A DNA stretch of 64,000 nt from Octopus vulgaris (taxonomy: Eukaryota), in the NCBI GenBank assembly GCA_951406725.2, contig OX597814.1, positions 17,918,001 through 17,982,000 of the forward strand, read 5' to 3'. The position numbers were made by a program, and so were the translations under genes. The notes under the pieces were generated by a model. That model was not told where the DNA came from, did no database searches, and saw only the letters and a list, made by a program, of their open reading frames with translations. Below are positions 42,614-56,744 of the stretch, piece by piece; positions within the stretch are counted from its first letter, which is position 1, and each line of letters begins with the position of its first letter.

Positions 42614-43349
42614 CCTATAATCAAATGCACACACACACACACACTCCTATAAAAATGCTGAGTCCAACAAAAGTGACTGTTTCGTTCAAGAGCTTATCAA
42701 GGAAAGCTCTACTCATACGTATTTCTAAATGAACATGTAACTCCATGATATACGTGCTCGTGTGTCTGCGTGTGTATCTGCGTGCGCACTAATTTATTGT
42801 GTGTGTTAATATGTGGAAGCACAAACATGCGCATCCAAACATATATAGATATCAATGTATATGTGTATGTGTGAATATTTCTGGGTGTGTATACGTATTC
42901 ATGTTTAGCTAATATTGTATAACCTTGGTAATAACAACAACAACAACAACAATAACAATAATAATAATAATAATGATAATAATAATAATAATGATAATAA
43001 TAATAGTAATAATAATAATTGTGGAGCAAGAACAAAGGCTGAATTAGTAGTGATTAGAAATCCAGAGTTGTTCAAAGCGTAGTACTGTTATAATATATCC
43101 TAAAGGTTTTAGTTGTCTACTTCATAGGTCAACTAATCCTACAGTGAATTCAACAGTTTATCTGGCAAGAATAGGAAGGTTCCATTTCCTCTGTAGTTTC
43201 TGTAATAGCTTGCTTTGATCGACGTGTTTATAGCCATCGAAATAGTTAGAGAGACAAGAGAAGAGAGCCGCATACTCCTCTATGGTGTTCCTCGCAAGAT
43301 GTATCGTTTACATCAAACGCACGCGCGCTGATGCGCGGCATACATGCAC

Positions 43350-43413
<64 letters not shown>

Positions 43414-44285
43414 TTGCATGTACACATTCATGTATATATGTAAATAAATCAAAGTGTGTGCGTATAAGTATCTGTGTTTTCATATATGTATGTGTGTGTA
43501 TGTATATAAATATGCATGTGTGTGTATGTATATAAATATATATATATATATATAAGAATATGTGTGTATATAAGAATATGTGTATGTGTTTGTTGACACA
43601 AATACCCACACACTCATGCTCTAATAAGACGTAGTGCAGGAAATAAAAGATTTGGGAATATAACCAGGATACGGTATTGTGATAATCGTATCTCTCGTAG
43701 AATACACTTCTTCAATATCTTTTTACGCATTCATATGTTTTAACGTGGATTTGTATGTGATTGCAGTGTATCCATCAAGTGTACATACACAAAGACACAA
43801 ACACACAAATACATCTGAGAATGTGTTTGTGAGAGAAAATATGTATGTGAATGGATGCATGATGTACGGATATAGAATGTTATACATCTAAAGAGATGCA
43901 GGGAAAAATCACGACTTGCAATATTCTCAAAAGGGTAACCAAATCCACGACTAGTTGTAACTGGATGCCGCTTATGTCAAAAGTCATACATCCACACATA
44001 TATATATATATATAGAGTCTCACATATTGATACCTATGTTATGGTTGTGTATTTATATTTGTCTAAATATATTAAAAGTAATAGAATTATATATGTGAAT
44101 CATGTTGAATATTTTTTTCTGCTTCTCTTTTCTTAAATATATGTTGATAACAGCATATATATACATACATGCGTAGAAATTCATCAAAGCTGCTAGCCTA
44201 TTCTGCGCTGATTCCAGTTTTACTATCTCCGGTGCTTGCCGCCAAGGGATCCTACTGCTTTGATTTACATACAAAAACCACAGAT

Positions 44286-44351
<66 letters not shown>

Positions 44352-44354
<3 letters not shown>

Positions 44355-44433
44355 TATAAATATATAAGTAAATTTGTATATTTATATATATATATATATA
44401 TAAATATACAAATTTACTTATATATTTATATAT
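44352..44433. repeat. Perfect 82 bp AT-rich palindrome centred on (TA)n
   Basis: atatataaatatataagtaaatttgtatattta(ta)n taaatatacaaatttacttatatatttatatat; G44368/C44417 and G44376/C44409 pair symmetrically. Confidence 0.9.
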
Positions 44434-44786
44434 ATTTGTATTTATATATAAGTGTGTGTGTAAAGAGAGGGTGAGAGAGGAAGACTCTCATACGCACATA
44501 TATGCATACTGCAAGCACACACAGACACATGTATGTGAATATATTACATACACACATATGTATATGTTCGATGGTGGGGAATATTGATTTTTTTTTGCTA
44601 TGTGTACTTTTTACCTGTTTTTTTTTTTGTTACAGTTTTGTGTTGTTTTTCTCGTTTCGGTGGTGTTTCCCAGGTATTCATTGTACATTATTGTTATCAG
44701 GCATGTAATTTCTATTGATGTTGCTTTGTTTTTATATACCCACTACTGGTGTTTAACATTATTCTAATCGCTCATTATGCCTGTGC

Positions 44787-44827
<41 letters not shown>

Positions 44828-45444
44828 TATGTGTTTGTGTGTGTTTGTGTGTATTCACATAGGCGAATATGTATTTGAAATCTCGGAAACCATAGGCCAT
44901 AATTTCTGTCTCCAAAGAAACTATTGCCTTCAGATCTTGGAAAATGACTCTTCCGGGGGTTTTTCGTAAGGTATCACCGAACTGAGGACAAACACTATAA
45001 TCTATATTTTGCCGTTCAATCCCTGCAGTGTATGTGTGTGAGAGTGTGTGTGTGTGTTTGTAGCAATATATACGTATATGTAACTGTATATATATAACAT
45101 GTGTGTGTATAAGCAATTATACATGCATGTGTGTACGTGTGTGTATATCTTTGTCAAAATGTCAATATTACTCTGAATCTGTTCGGCCCTTTTATGTTTT
45201 GTCCATGTTTATGTTATTTACTCTGTACCATATTCTGGTCGTTGTAGCAAAATCTGTATTGTACACACTTGTGTTCTATTATGCTTTGTTTGTGTATATT
45301 CAAACCGAGTGCTTAGAAATTCTTTTCGTCCGCCATAATTATTATACCGTTCCATTTTTAATCTTCTGTTACATCATAGTATGCGATTATATTATTTTTG
45401 TGACTGCTTTATTATTTCTTGTAAATATCTTCTAAAGGATACCC

Positions 45445-45550
<106 letters not shown>

Positions 45551-45607
45551 TTATCTATCTATCTGTCTGTCTGTCTGTCGGTCTATCAAGACTTCTTTCT
45601 ACCTACA

Positions 45608-45655
<48 letters not shown>

Positions 45656-45795
45656 TATTCAGGTTTACATGTGTCTGCATGTGTCTGCATGTGTCAGTAT
45701 GTGCGCTCATATATATGTACTCATATGCATACATGTATATGTTGTATGTGTGTGGAAATATATACATACATGTAAGTATTTATATACATATATTT

Positions 45796-45899
45796 ATCAC
45801 GTCATCACGTAACCGACCAGTCCATCAAATGTAGTTACACACCGCTGGTCACAATGCGTTCGCATTGTTTTAGCCTTCGAATGACGCCACCCAGCTGGC

Positions 45900-45902
<3 letters not shown>
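45796..45902 (-). mobile_element. SINE family C 3' fragment
   Basis: Reverse complement of the 35829 fragment. Confidence 0.8.
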
Positions 45903-45932
<30 letters not shown>

Positions 45933-46336
45933 CGTACACACATTCACACACACGCATACATTCATATGTTCTTACATAAACCTACGATCACTACTTTTAT
46001 ATATTTGTGTATGTGTTTGTGTGTGTGTGTATGTGCGTGTGTGGGCAACACTATCAGAATGCATGAGTTACAGCATTGATAAAGCAGAAATCAATCAGAT
46101 AGAAATGTGTCGTTTGCGTCCTAGACACTGCTTAACTCTCGACGAACAAGCTTACGTAGCATTAAGTTGATACTGTTTGTGACTTAAAAGTGAGGTATCA
46201 TCAAGGTGGTTCTTTGTTTTGCTGTACTGACAAACTTACAATGATCTATCTTGAAAGGACAGATTATCTGCAGTCTGTTATTACCTTTTCCTATATAATT
46301 ATGCAGCTCTCCGTGACATTTGTCAATTCATGTGTT

Positions 46337-46722
46337 ACGTTTTAAAGAACCTTTATCAAAATGGTAATACGTGAATTCATATAATTAAAAATGTCTGAGT
46401 TGCTATTTCATAAATGTTACTAGCTTGAAAAGTTACCGTTTTATATATGTTGATAATTTGAAAGAAAGTAACTATTGTGGTATCAGATCTTTATTTTGTG
46501 TATTCGAATCTAAAACCTATACAAATGTAACGTTTTAAAGAACCTTTATCAAAATGGTAATACGAAAATTCACATAACTAAAAATGTCTGAGTTGCTATT
46601 TCATAAATGTTACTAGCTTGAAAAGTTACCGTTTTATATATGTTAATAACCTGAAAGAAAGTAACTATTGTGGTATCAGATCTTTATTTTGTGTATTCGA
46701 ATCTAAAACGTATACAAATGTA
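46337..46722. repeat. Tandem duplication, 2 x 193 bp
   Basis: acgttttaaagaacctttatc... starts at 46337 and again at 46530; only a handful of mismatches. Confidence 0.95.
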
Positions 46723-47963
46723 GTAACGAAATTTTTGTATGCCCAAATACAAGTGTAATACAATGATAAGTACATATTTATAACATTACAAATTTAATCC
46801 CGAGAATTACGTTGTAAATAATATTCAACATCGCAAAAATGGACAACATATGATAGGAATCGAATCACGTAACTATCACTTGATCGTAAACTACGTCTCC
46901 GACTGTCCTATATAGACACCGCCATTCGCTATATTCTAATTCAATGCTATAAAACTGTTTTTCTGTCATTCAATTATTTGAAAATAGAAGATAAAAAACG
47001 ATAGATACTCGCTTTATCTTCCGTCAATGGGTCTCCTGCTCTTTGCTGTCACAAATTGGTGCTTATAACGTCTAATGCAATTCACATATATCACATTCTA
47101 GACATTTCTTCATAGATAATAGGATACATTTCGACAAATATATCATATTTGATTTCCGCTCACATTACCTTTACGAATACAGCTGGTGAGAAATTCACGA
47201 GTATCATCAATCTCGTAATTTTTACTTGTGAGATCTTCACAGAATTGTAACTAGTGTTTTTTATTATTAATAAAAAAACAAAAAACGTTATTAGAAAGTT
47301 CAGGCTAGAATCTTTAGACATTGTTTACCTTATATGGCTACAATTCATGTGTGAGTGACATTCACTACTGAACTTTAGTCATTTCGTTCAAAAACTATGG
47401 CTGTAGTTACCCTAGCTATTTTCTTTTTGTCATTCAGCTATGGGATCGTGTCATTTGTCTTTCTCTAACAATAAAAGTCCGTTTAACATTAATGCTGTAC
47501 GATTGGTTGAATCTTTAGAAAGTCGAACAAACTGCTTTAACAAAATACGTTCCAGCTCCTTACGATCTGAGTTCAAATATCACCGAAGTCACTTTTCACC
47601 CACTTCTGTGTGTGTGTGTGGGGGGGGGCGATAGAATGACGTACCAGTCAAATTCTGGCTTAATTTTTCCCTTCCTTATAAATTCCTTGTCTCGTGCTAA
47701 TTTTGGAAATTATCATACGCAATAACTGCAGAGTTAAACTCTGTTCCTTTAAGTCTTCGTTTCAAAACACAACCTGGTCGGTGTAACCTTTCATTCTTCC
47801 GGAATCGAGGACGAGTGTACTAGTGAAATATTGACTCTAGTTCAATCGTAATATGCAAGACTCTATCACTCTAAGGTTCGATACTTGCAACAGGAAATAA
47901 CCTCATTAATTAGTTTAAGCATGAACATCTGGATATCAATAAAATAATTACTGATCAAATATT

Positions 47964-48126
47964 CTTTTCTACTCTAGGCACAAGGCCCGCAATTTTGGGG
48001 GAGGGGAGGGGGCTATTCGATTAGATCGACTCCAGTACGCAACTGGTACTTAATTTATCGACCACGAAAAGATGAAAGGCAAAGTCAACCTTGGCGAAAT
48101 TTGAACTCAGAACGTAAAGACAGACG
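47964..48126 (-). mobile_element. 5'-truncated SINE family B with 22 bp target-site duplication
   Basis: Reverse-complement body cgtctgtctttacgttctgagttcaaatttcgccaaggttgactttgcctttcatc. Flanked by aaataattactgatcaaatatt at 47942-47963 and 48127-48148. Confidence 0.85.
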
Positions 48127-49323
48127 AAATAATTACTGATCAAATATTAATATCGATTTAATCGAATCCCGTCGTTTTGCTCCCCATTATCGCCATAATT
48201 CCTTCAACGAAGTGTGTGCCTTTGTGACAAAGTTAAACAGCTAAATATCTTTATTAAAATACAGTGGTGGGGGAGAAGAACAAATATTTATAGTTTTTAG
48301 TTACGTATCATTAAGTTTCGGGTTCGAATCACACAGTGATTCATTCTACTTTGTAATCTACAAAGGAATCGACAAACTACCAATACTGTACTCTGAATGA
48401 ATCAATCAGATATACTCTCCATTTTTCATGATCTTTATAAAAAAAACCTATAAAACACAGGGAAATCACATTTTAATTTCTATTTTGCTTCAAACCTAAA
48501 ATTCATTTCCAAATCATTCTAAATGAGTCTATGTCATTCCGACCAACATCAAGTTTTATAATTTACCCATTTATTCACAAAAATCTATTTCTTCTATTCT
48601 TCCATTATCTCTCCTTCCTTGTCTTTCTGCTATACTTCCTTCCACTCTATTTCCTTCAATTCTCTTTCTTCCTTTTATGTCTTCCTATTTCTGATTCTGT
48701 GATGATGTCGTTGCGTTAATATCCATCTGTACTTAATGTTAGCGACTTTATCTTGCTTCACATGTCTGGAATATTGGCATTCCTCGTGTAATGCCTTTAG
48801 AATCCGTTTCATTAACTTGACATCAAAAAGCATATTTCACAAATGTATCATTCGTTACAGACTAGATAGACTTCTACATTTCTAATGCGTTTTTTAATAT
48901 GTATTATATATAAACGACGTCGGAGAGTAAAAGCAGGGAAATAGCAGATGGGAGAGCCAAGAGAGTGAATTAAATGCAGCATTTGCCTTTTATATTTGCT
49001 GTGTTGACAAAGAAATAGAAAGCGAAAAATCTTGCGACAGTATAAAATTGGTAGTTCTCTCTTAAAATTTTTAACCATTCCATAATATTTATAATTTTTA
49101 CATTTGCTGTTTTTCTTTCAGTCATTTCACTGTGGTCATGCTAGCGCACTGCTTTTAAAGTTTTTTAGATGTACTGACCCAAACCTCGCTCCTCAGTAGT
49201 TTTAAGTCTGGTGCTAATTCTATCGTTATCTATTGCCGATGTGCTATGATAGGGGAAGTAAACAAACCAACGGTTGTCAAGCTGTGGGTGGAAGATAAAT
49301 ACAGAAATAAAGACAGACACACA

Positions 49324-49380
<57 letters not shown>

Positions 49381-49383
<3 letters not shown>

Positions 49384-49583
49384 AATATACTGCACATGAA
49401 TTATTGACGAATTTTCCCTCCTTCTTCCACCTTCCTTTTGGACTTCCCTGTTTCTGAAGAAGAGCTATGCTCGAAACGTGAAACAACCACTCATTTCCTT
49501 CTCCGAGCGTTATATTAATACATTGCGTGTGCTACGTCTTCTTTTTGTTATTTCTCTCTTCTTTGTTTTTTTTTCCTTAATTA

Positions 49584-49586
<3 letters not shown>
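49381..49586 (+). mobile_element. ~205 bp (TA)n-embedded element with minimal hammerhead motif, nested in a SINE
   Basis: TGTTT-CTGAAGA-A-GAGC.TAT.GCTC-GAAAC-GTG-AAACA at 49449-49485 (canonical CUGANGA and GAAA boxes). It sits in the internal (TA)n of the minus-strand SINE-A copy at 49110-49810. Confidence 0.75.
49449..49485 (+). ncRNA. Minimal type-I hammerhead ribozyme-like fold
   Basis: Stem I TGTTT/AAACA, core CUGAAGA, stem II GAGC/GCTC, GAAAC, rudimentary stem III. The cleavage triplet is GUG (non-canonical), so probably inactive as a monomer. Confidence 0.6.
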
Positions 49587-49656
<70 letters not shown>

Positions 49657-50153
49657 CGGGTTTTCACACAGTTTACGCCTGTCAGATTCGCTCTCGATGC
49701 ATTGGCTGGCTGGCTTGGGGCTACGGTAGAAGACACTTTCCCAAGGTGCAATTCAGTGTCATTGAACCCGAGATCACGCGATTGCAAAGCGAGCTTTCAA
49801 ATCACATGCCAATTGCAGTTAATGTAGGATCGCTTGATCGGAGATTCAAATGAGGTCGACTTTGCCTTTCATCCTTTCGGGAGTCGATCAATTAAGTACC
49901 AGCTGCGTACTGGGATCGATATAATCGACTAAAAAAATTCAAGTCTTGTGCCTAGAGTATAAAAGTATAAGTGTAAAGAGGGACATGCATTCACTTATGA
50001 AGTCACACACACACACACACACACACACACAAATTCCATTATTTCAAGTTCTATGTACTAGAATTTTAAGGATATTCATTGCTCTTTTACTCCACAAACT
50101 CAAACGCTATGATACTCTTCGGCATAATTCCAATGTTGGAAAAAGGAGTTAGG

Positions 50154-50189
<36 letters not shown>

Positions 50190-50518
50190 ATAGTGAGAGA
50201 GAGGGTTGGAGAGAAAATGAGAGAGGAAGAGATTTACAAACGTAGACTTGCTAATTAATCTTTACAAATTTAGAAAGTGTTTAATTACTTTGCCGTCTCA
50301 GAGAATATTCGGAGAGATGTATTTTCGTGTAAAGTATAGATCATTAAATATAGTCAAATTTTTCTGTGCCTGTCGCTGCTTTTGTTGTCCTTCTTCACCT
50401 TGTCGTGTCTCATATTCTATCATTTCTAATTACAAACACACACACACACACATATTATAAATATATATGACATGATATATGATATATGAATATGTGTGTA
50501 TATATACTTACGTACATG

Positions 50519-50549
<31 letters not shown>

Positions 50550-50640
50550 GTGTGTGTGTGTGTGAGTGTGTGTATATATATATATATATATATACATAAT
50601 ACATGTATTTTGTAAATGTATATGTATTTCATATATACAT

Positions 50641-50705
<65 letters not shown>

Positions 50706-50825
50706 CGCATATATATATACATATATATATGTGTGTGTGCGTGTATTTTATGCGTATATATATATTTTATGTATATTATGTATGTATATATATTATATAT
50801 ATATATATATGAACACACACACACA

Positions 50826-50860
<35 letters not shown>

Positions 50861-51224
50861 TATGCTCACGCACTTGTGTGTGTATGTTTGTGTGTGTGTG
50901 TGTTTCTGTAGAATTGTATGAAAAAAAATACATGGTATAGCATAGCTCTATTCGTCATTAGTTAAACACGCAAACACACTGTATTCGACCAAGCAGGGGT
51001 CTAATGAGTTTGATATCGATTTTTAGAAAGTATATTTGAATTCTAGCAGCTCTCTCTTGTTTCGACTACTCTGTGTGACTTACGATATTTTTTTGTGCGT
51101 ACGTGGGGAGTGGATGGCACACAATGATCAAGTAAGGTGTCAGGACTATGAGCATGGTGTTTCAAGGAATATTATTTCATATAGATATATATGACCTATA
51201 TATATATGTTTGTATTTACTTTTG

Positions 51225-51248
51225 TCTATCTATCTATCTATCTATCTA

Positions 51249-51340
<92 letters not shown>

Positions 51341-51350
51341 AATCTATCTA

Positions 51351-51407
<57 letters not shown>

Positions 51408-51455
51408 CTGTCCGTCTGTCTGTCTGTCTGTCTGCCTGTCTGTCTGTCTGTCTAT
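51225..51455. repeat. (TATC)n grading into (TGTC)n; representative of dozens of TA, CA, GA, TATC, TACA and trinucleotide arrays across the window
   Basis: Direct reading. Confidence 0.95.
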
Positions 51456-51666
51456 CATATATGTGTGACTGTGTGATTATATAGCATATATTTTGTTATA
51501 TGCGTTTCCCTCAGCATACATTTTGTTCTTGCTCATATGTGTGTTTGTGTTTAGGTAGATAGATAGATAGATAGATAGACAGATAGATAGATGGATGGAT
51601 AGATGGATGGATGGATGGACGGGCGGACGGATAAACAAAAAGACAGACAGACAGATAGAGAGATAA

Positions 51667-51707
<41 letters not shown>

Positions 51708-51810
51708 GTAATAGGGCTGAGAGAGAGTGGTGGATAGACAGGCAAACAAATACGTATGTAGACAGATAAATAAGTAGATAGATAGATAGAGAGAGAGAGA
51801 TAGATAGATG

Positions 51811-51878
<68 letters not shown>

Positions 51879-52316
51879 TGTAGATAGATAGATATACACA
51901 CACGCACGAATGTATGCTCGTGTTATATATACTTTTGTACGTTACATTGAATTCTCCATAAACATGCGAGTGTGTACTTCTCTACTGTCGTGCATACATC
52001 CATACATACATACATACATACATACAAACTTGCAATACATATTTACAGTCCCATAATACAATACATACCTATAACTCATAACTGAAAGTATTAAAGTTTT
52101 TGCTGTATGTAAATCCTAAGAATTAAAGGGGTTTTGCGATAACTGAGTATCATGCACTTTCGCACTTACACATGAGTTTCCACTGGTAACTATCTTTATA
52201 TGTGACATCGTGTCTCAAGAATTCAATGCTTTAAATCTGTTTATAACTATTTGTTTCAGATATGTTGTATACTTCCTCTCACAAACACATTCTCTCACAC
52301 ACACACACACACACAT

Positions 52317-52383
<67 letters not shown>

Positions 52384-52580
52384 CCAAAGTAATATATTAA
52401 GATAGGCATTTGTACTCCTATATTGTCACATCGTATATTTCAGGAACTAGCCCTTTATAGACACACACACACACATATATATCTGTAAATGTAATATGTG
52501 ACATAATTTGTTGTCCTACCATTTTTATCAATTTATATATATATATATATATATACACACACATACTTACATACACATAG

Positions 52581-52635
<55 letters not shown>

Positions 52636-52814
52636 TATATATATAGCGTGTATATATATTTACGCCATACGCATGTGAATGTACAGAGAACACAAAAGAA
52701 TTTAAAAGACAATATTTTAATTTCTCATGCGCTCAATCACGACTGACCTAGGGCTAAACAAAAATAGCGAATTTCAGATTCAACCTTCACTGCATAATCT
52801 AATGTCAATTTCCT

Positions 52815-52851
<37 letters not shown>

Positions 52852-52917
52852 TGTATGTATGTATGTATGTATATTTCTACATATATGTATTCATAATTTG
52901 AAATTTTTTTATTTTAG

Positions 52918-53067
52918 ATAATGGACAGGATTTCTATCCTGGTTATCAAGCCTACAACGAATTCTTCCCCGGTCAAGGACAAGAAGGCCCCGGTAACATA
53001 AACTTCCTTCCGCCTACGTCACAAGGAACCCCTCCGATTAGCCTAGAACAATCTTTACATCCCGGCG
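52918..53067 (+). CDS. Lhx1/5: Lhx1/5 next coding exon (C-terminal Tyr/Phe/Pro/Gly-rich region)
   Basis: Acceptor ttttttattttag|AT at 52917/52918. The phase-1 junction with 23597 gives G+AT=Asp and continues DNGQDFYPGYQAYNEFFPGQGQEGPGNINFLPPTSQGTPPISLEQSLHPG, which resembles the vertebrate Lhx1 C-terminal region (G|DYQSEYYGPG.NYDFFPQG...GTPLGGLEHPLPG, from memory). Candidate donor G|GTATGT at 53068; if unspliced, the frame ends at TAA 53106-53108. Missed by the ORF track. Confidence 0.85.
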
Positions 53068-53589
53068 GTATGTTCCTTCATAATCACTCTTATGCTCCCA
53101 CGGCCTAACATTGGATCACTCACAGATTTATCATTATTAAACAATAAAATCAAAAATTTTTAAATAATAAATATAAAATATAACACTATTACAAAAACGG
53201 TTAAAACAAAACAAAAAAAAAACACCATTGGTCATAACAGAACTATATTGATTTCCACGTAGTCTCATATGTTGGAAATCAATATAAAATCAACGTAACA
53301 ACTGCTACATCATCATCAATAACAACAATAAGAGAGCAAATAAATACCTGATTGGTCAGTCAATCCATTCATTGCTGCATTAATTAGCATCTTCATTAAA
53401 TAAATGTATAAACAAAGACAGTAAACATCACATTATGTAGGAAATCACATATTGGCATGTACACAGGTTTATGTAAGCATGTGTGTGAGTGTGTGTGTGT
53501 GTGCGTGAATACCTATGTGTCTCGAACACACATCCACATGTATACATATGTAAATACGTATGTATATTTGTACATTGAAATATATATGT

Positions 53590-53635
<46 letters not shown>

Positions 53636-53812
53636 AATGTAACTCAAAGTTATACGGTCATATACATTGATAGTAAAGAAAAACTCACATACACATACCA
53701 TGAAGCATTTCCTGCCCTGCCCCACATACCGACATAGAGGTATGCATGCATTTTCACCTGTATATTTTTGCATACAATTTTCACTCGGGTGATACTTGCA
53801 CGCCTTTGAAAA

Positions 53813-53853
<41 letters not shown>

Positions 53854-53872
53854 CAACAACAACAACAACAAC

Positions 53873-53906
<34 letters not shown>

Positions 53907-54041
53907 TGCGTGTACAAAGGCATTTAACACTTGAGTGTGCATGAACGTGTTAAACATGTATGTATACGCATATATTTCATTCAACGCTACTTCGTGCGAT
54001 TCTAGCTAAATAACAACAACAATAACAACAACAACAACAAC

Positions 54042-54110
<69 letters not shown>

Positions 54111-55044
54111 CATGTTAATGATAATAATGTACAGCATTTTTAGTTTCAACGTTTTCCAGTTCAGATATTTTCCTTCTGCGTGTTGATTCTTTTAAACTTA
54201 TTATTTTTTTCGTTAATTTAAGTTTAGTAACTTAAATGCATAGATTCTTCGAGGGTTTGGTTGGGGAGCAATCATAGTGTAAAGTGGGTGTGAGTTCATA
54301 TTACATCGTCGCTTGTATTTTTAACAGTATCCGAGCACAATCCTCCTGACCGTGTGTATGTATGTGTGGTGTGCGCGTGCGACAAGAACTGCCCTCTAAA
54401 ATTTCAGTCCATTGTGTGTGTACAACAGTATAAATGGATATATATATATACTTCAAGCACTTCAACATTTTTACCTAATATTCAGGTTTAATCAGCTTAA
54501 CAACGCAATATGACAAGGTGGGCTCGCCACACAAAAATACACAAAGTCAGTTAACTTCACTTAAGCATTATTATTTGGTGACAAAATTTTTGTCGCACCG
54601 ACATTCATCAGGTTACTGACGTCATTCCATTGCACACCCACCCACGCATTCATCCCACCCCCTCATATATATATATAGACAGAACTGCTTCACCATCGTA
54701 TTTATTATAGGGCAAAAGAGCAGGTATTCCAAATACCTTATACTCGTAACTCTCAGGCAAAATGAACATTATACTGTGTGTGACAAGGCTGGCCCTTTGA
54801 ATTACACAGACAGAAAACACATTCGACCTGCTTCGACATAGTCTCATAGAAATGATTCTACCTTCTGAATCTAAATTACGAAGCTTGGTTCGAGTCATAT
54901 CTACGGCAGATGATTCAACAGAAAATGCTGAGGCATCATTTGAACTCTCTACGTCATGATTAGAGAACATCACCCTATTTACACACTAAATTGAAAAGAG
55001 AAAATCGTCGAAGTGAAAAAATTCGCATAATAATAGTCCTTCCA

Positions 55045-55228
55045 ACTATAGGCAGAAAGCCTATACTATTTAGATGGGAGGGAGATAGTCGATTTCATTG
55101 AGGTCATTCATTGCTCAACTGGCGCTCATTTGATCGACCCCGAGAGGATTAAAAGGCGGTATGTGAACTCATAACGTAAAGACAGGCGAAATGCCGCGAA
55201 GCACTTCGTTAAGCGTCCTAACGATTCA
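55045..55228 (-). mobile_element. SINE family B, degenerate
   Basis: tcgaccccgagaggattaaaaggc...gaactcataacgtaaagacaggcgaaatgccgcgaagcac...ctaacgattc is the reverse complement of the family B body. Confidence 0.7.
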
Positions 55229-56369
55229 TAGTATTGAGTATTTTTAAGCTCTTCACATTTACATTAAAGTTAAGAATTTCTACTCAGTATGAAGTAATGG
55301 AAGTAGAGGGGAAATGAACTATTTTGATTGCTAAATATTTGAACGCAACAAAGTTTGGCGAAGCGTTAACTTTTCAGTAATCTAAGCTTCAATTCTTGTT
55401 CACAATTAAAACCATCCAGCAGCAAAGTATGAAAAATATCAACAACTTTAAATTTGCTTGTTACAAAATCGATGGGCCTTTACATCTCTGGAGAAATTCT
55501 TGCATTTCTAATTCTATTTTAGAAATTTATTTACAAAATATATTTGAAATTAAACCTTTTCCACCAAAATCAAGGCAAGTGAGAGGCTAGTAAGTTAGAC
55601 TGTCAGATACCAGAGCATAATAAAACTACAGACACACACACACTTATACACAGACATCTCCTAGTTTTAAGGGCGACAGAAAAAAGTACTCAATACCATT
55701 GTAGAGTATAATAGTCCATCTGACTAGTAGCCTTTTATTGAGCACTTTCCCTTAACAGGTAATTAATTCCTCTGAGAGGAACCAAGCGCACAGGGAAATT
55801 AGCTATGGGGCAGCCGAAATAAACCATGATATATATATATATATAAATAACTTTTGGCGAGTGAAAGTATATACTACAGATCATCCATGCACTACGGAAT
55901 ATTTTATAAATGAATAAAGCAACATATTTTTTTTTTAAATTAACAACCAGCAGCAACAACACTGTCACCCAACATTGTCAAAAACAATACCATAAACATC
56001 ATCTTTATCATCTTCACTTATATAAATACATAAAAAAGAAGAAAAAAAACTTTGAACCAGAAAGTTTATTTGATTTACAGGTTATATTTTATTTCCAGAA
56101 CAACTTGTGATAATCTTAATAAAAAATGTATGTATATGAAAAATCTATAAAAAAAAAACTATATCACAAGAAATATTGTGTATAAAAGATATGAAATATA
56201 AATAAATATTCGTGATGTATAAAATTTTCATTCCAATTTGATTTTTTTCGTTTTTTTCCTCCTTTTTTTTCTAAATATTTATTTTATCTCTTTGTTATTG
56301 CGTAAACCGTTTAGAAGTGTTTGGCATTATTTTTTCCTTCTGTGTCACTATTTGCGTGCATGTGCTTGC

Positions 56370-56433
<64 letters not shown>

Positions 56434-56744
56434 CGTGTTTAAAGTTATGTTGTGATATAATTTCTGCACCTCCAAATATTGACACATAAATTCCAGTAGG
56501 TGTCTTTTGTTTTTGTTTATTGTGTGTGCGTGTGTATACATGTCTTCATGTATAAAGCATAACTGTATTTCTTATGTGTAAATATTCATATATATACTTG
56601 ATGTATTCTATAAGTGGAAAGTAAAAAATGGGTGCTAGAAAAACAGGTGGAAGGAGAAAGGGAGAAAGAGAAAGTGATAATTGTTCAGCTACACTTTCAT
56701 AGGTATACATTGATCCTTGTACGTTTCACCATATAGACGATTAT

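Larger units (their letters stand above)
49110..49810 (-). mobile_element. SINE family A, degenerate, interrupted by the hammerhead element
   Basis: Tail ttcagtcatttcactgtggtcatgctagcgcac at about 49117; head part gtagaagacactttcccaaggtgc at about 49726. Confidence 0.75.

Noticed and set aside
54650-54973. 107 aa minus-strand ORF or downstream Lhx exon
   Set aside because: Wrong strand for the gene, no recognisable homology, and no Lhx1/5-like terminal motif found on the plus strand.
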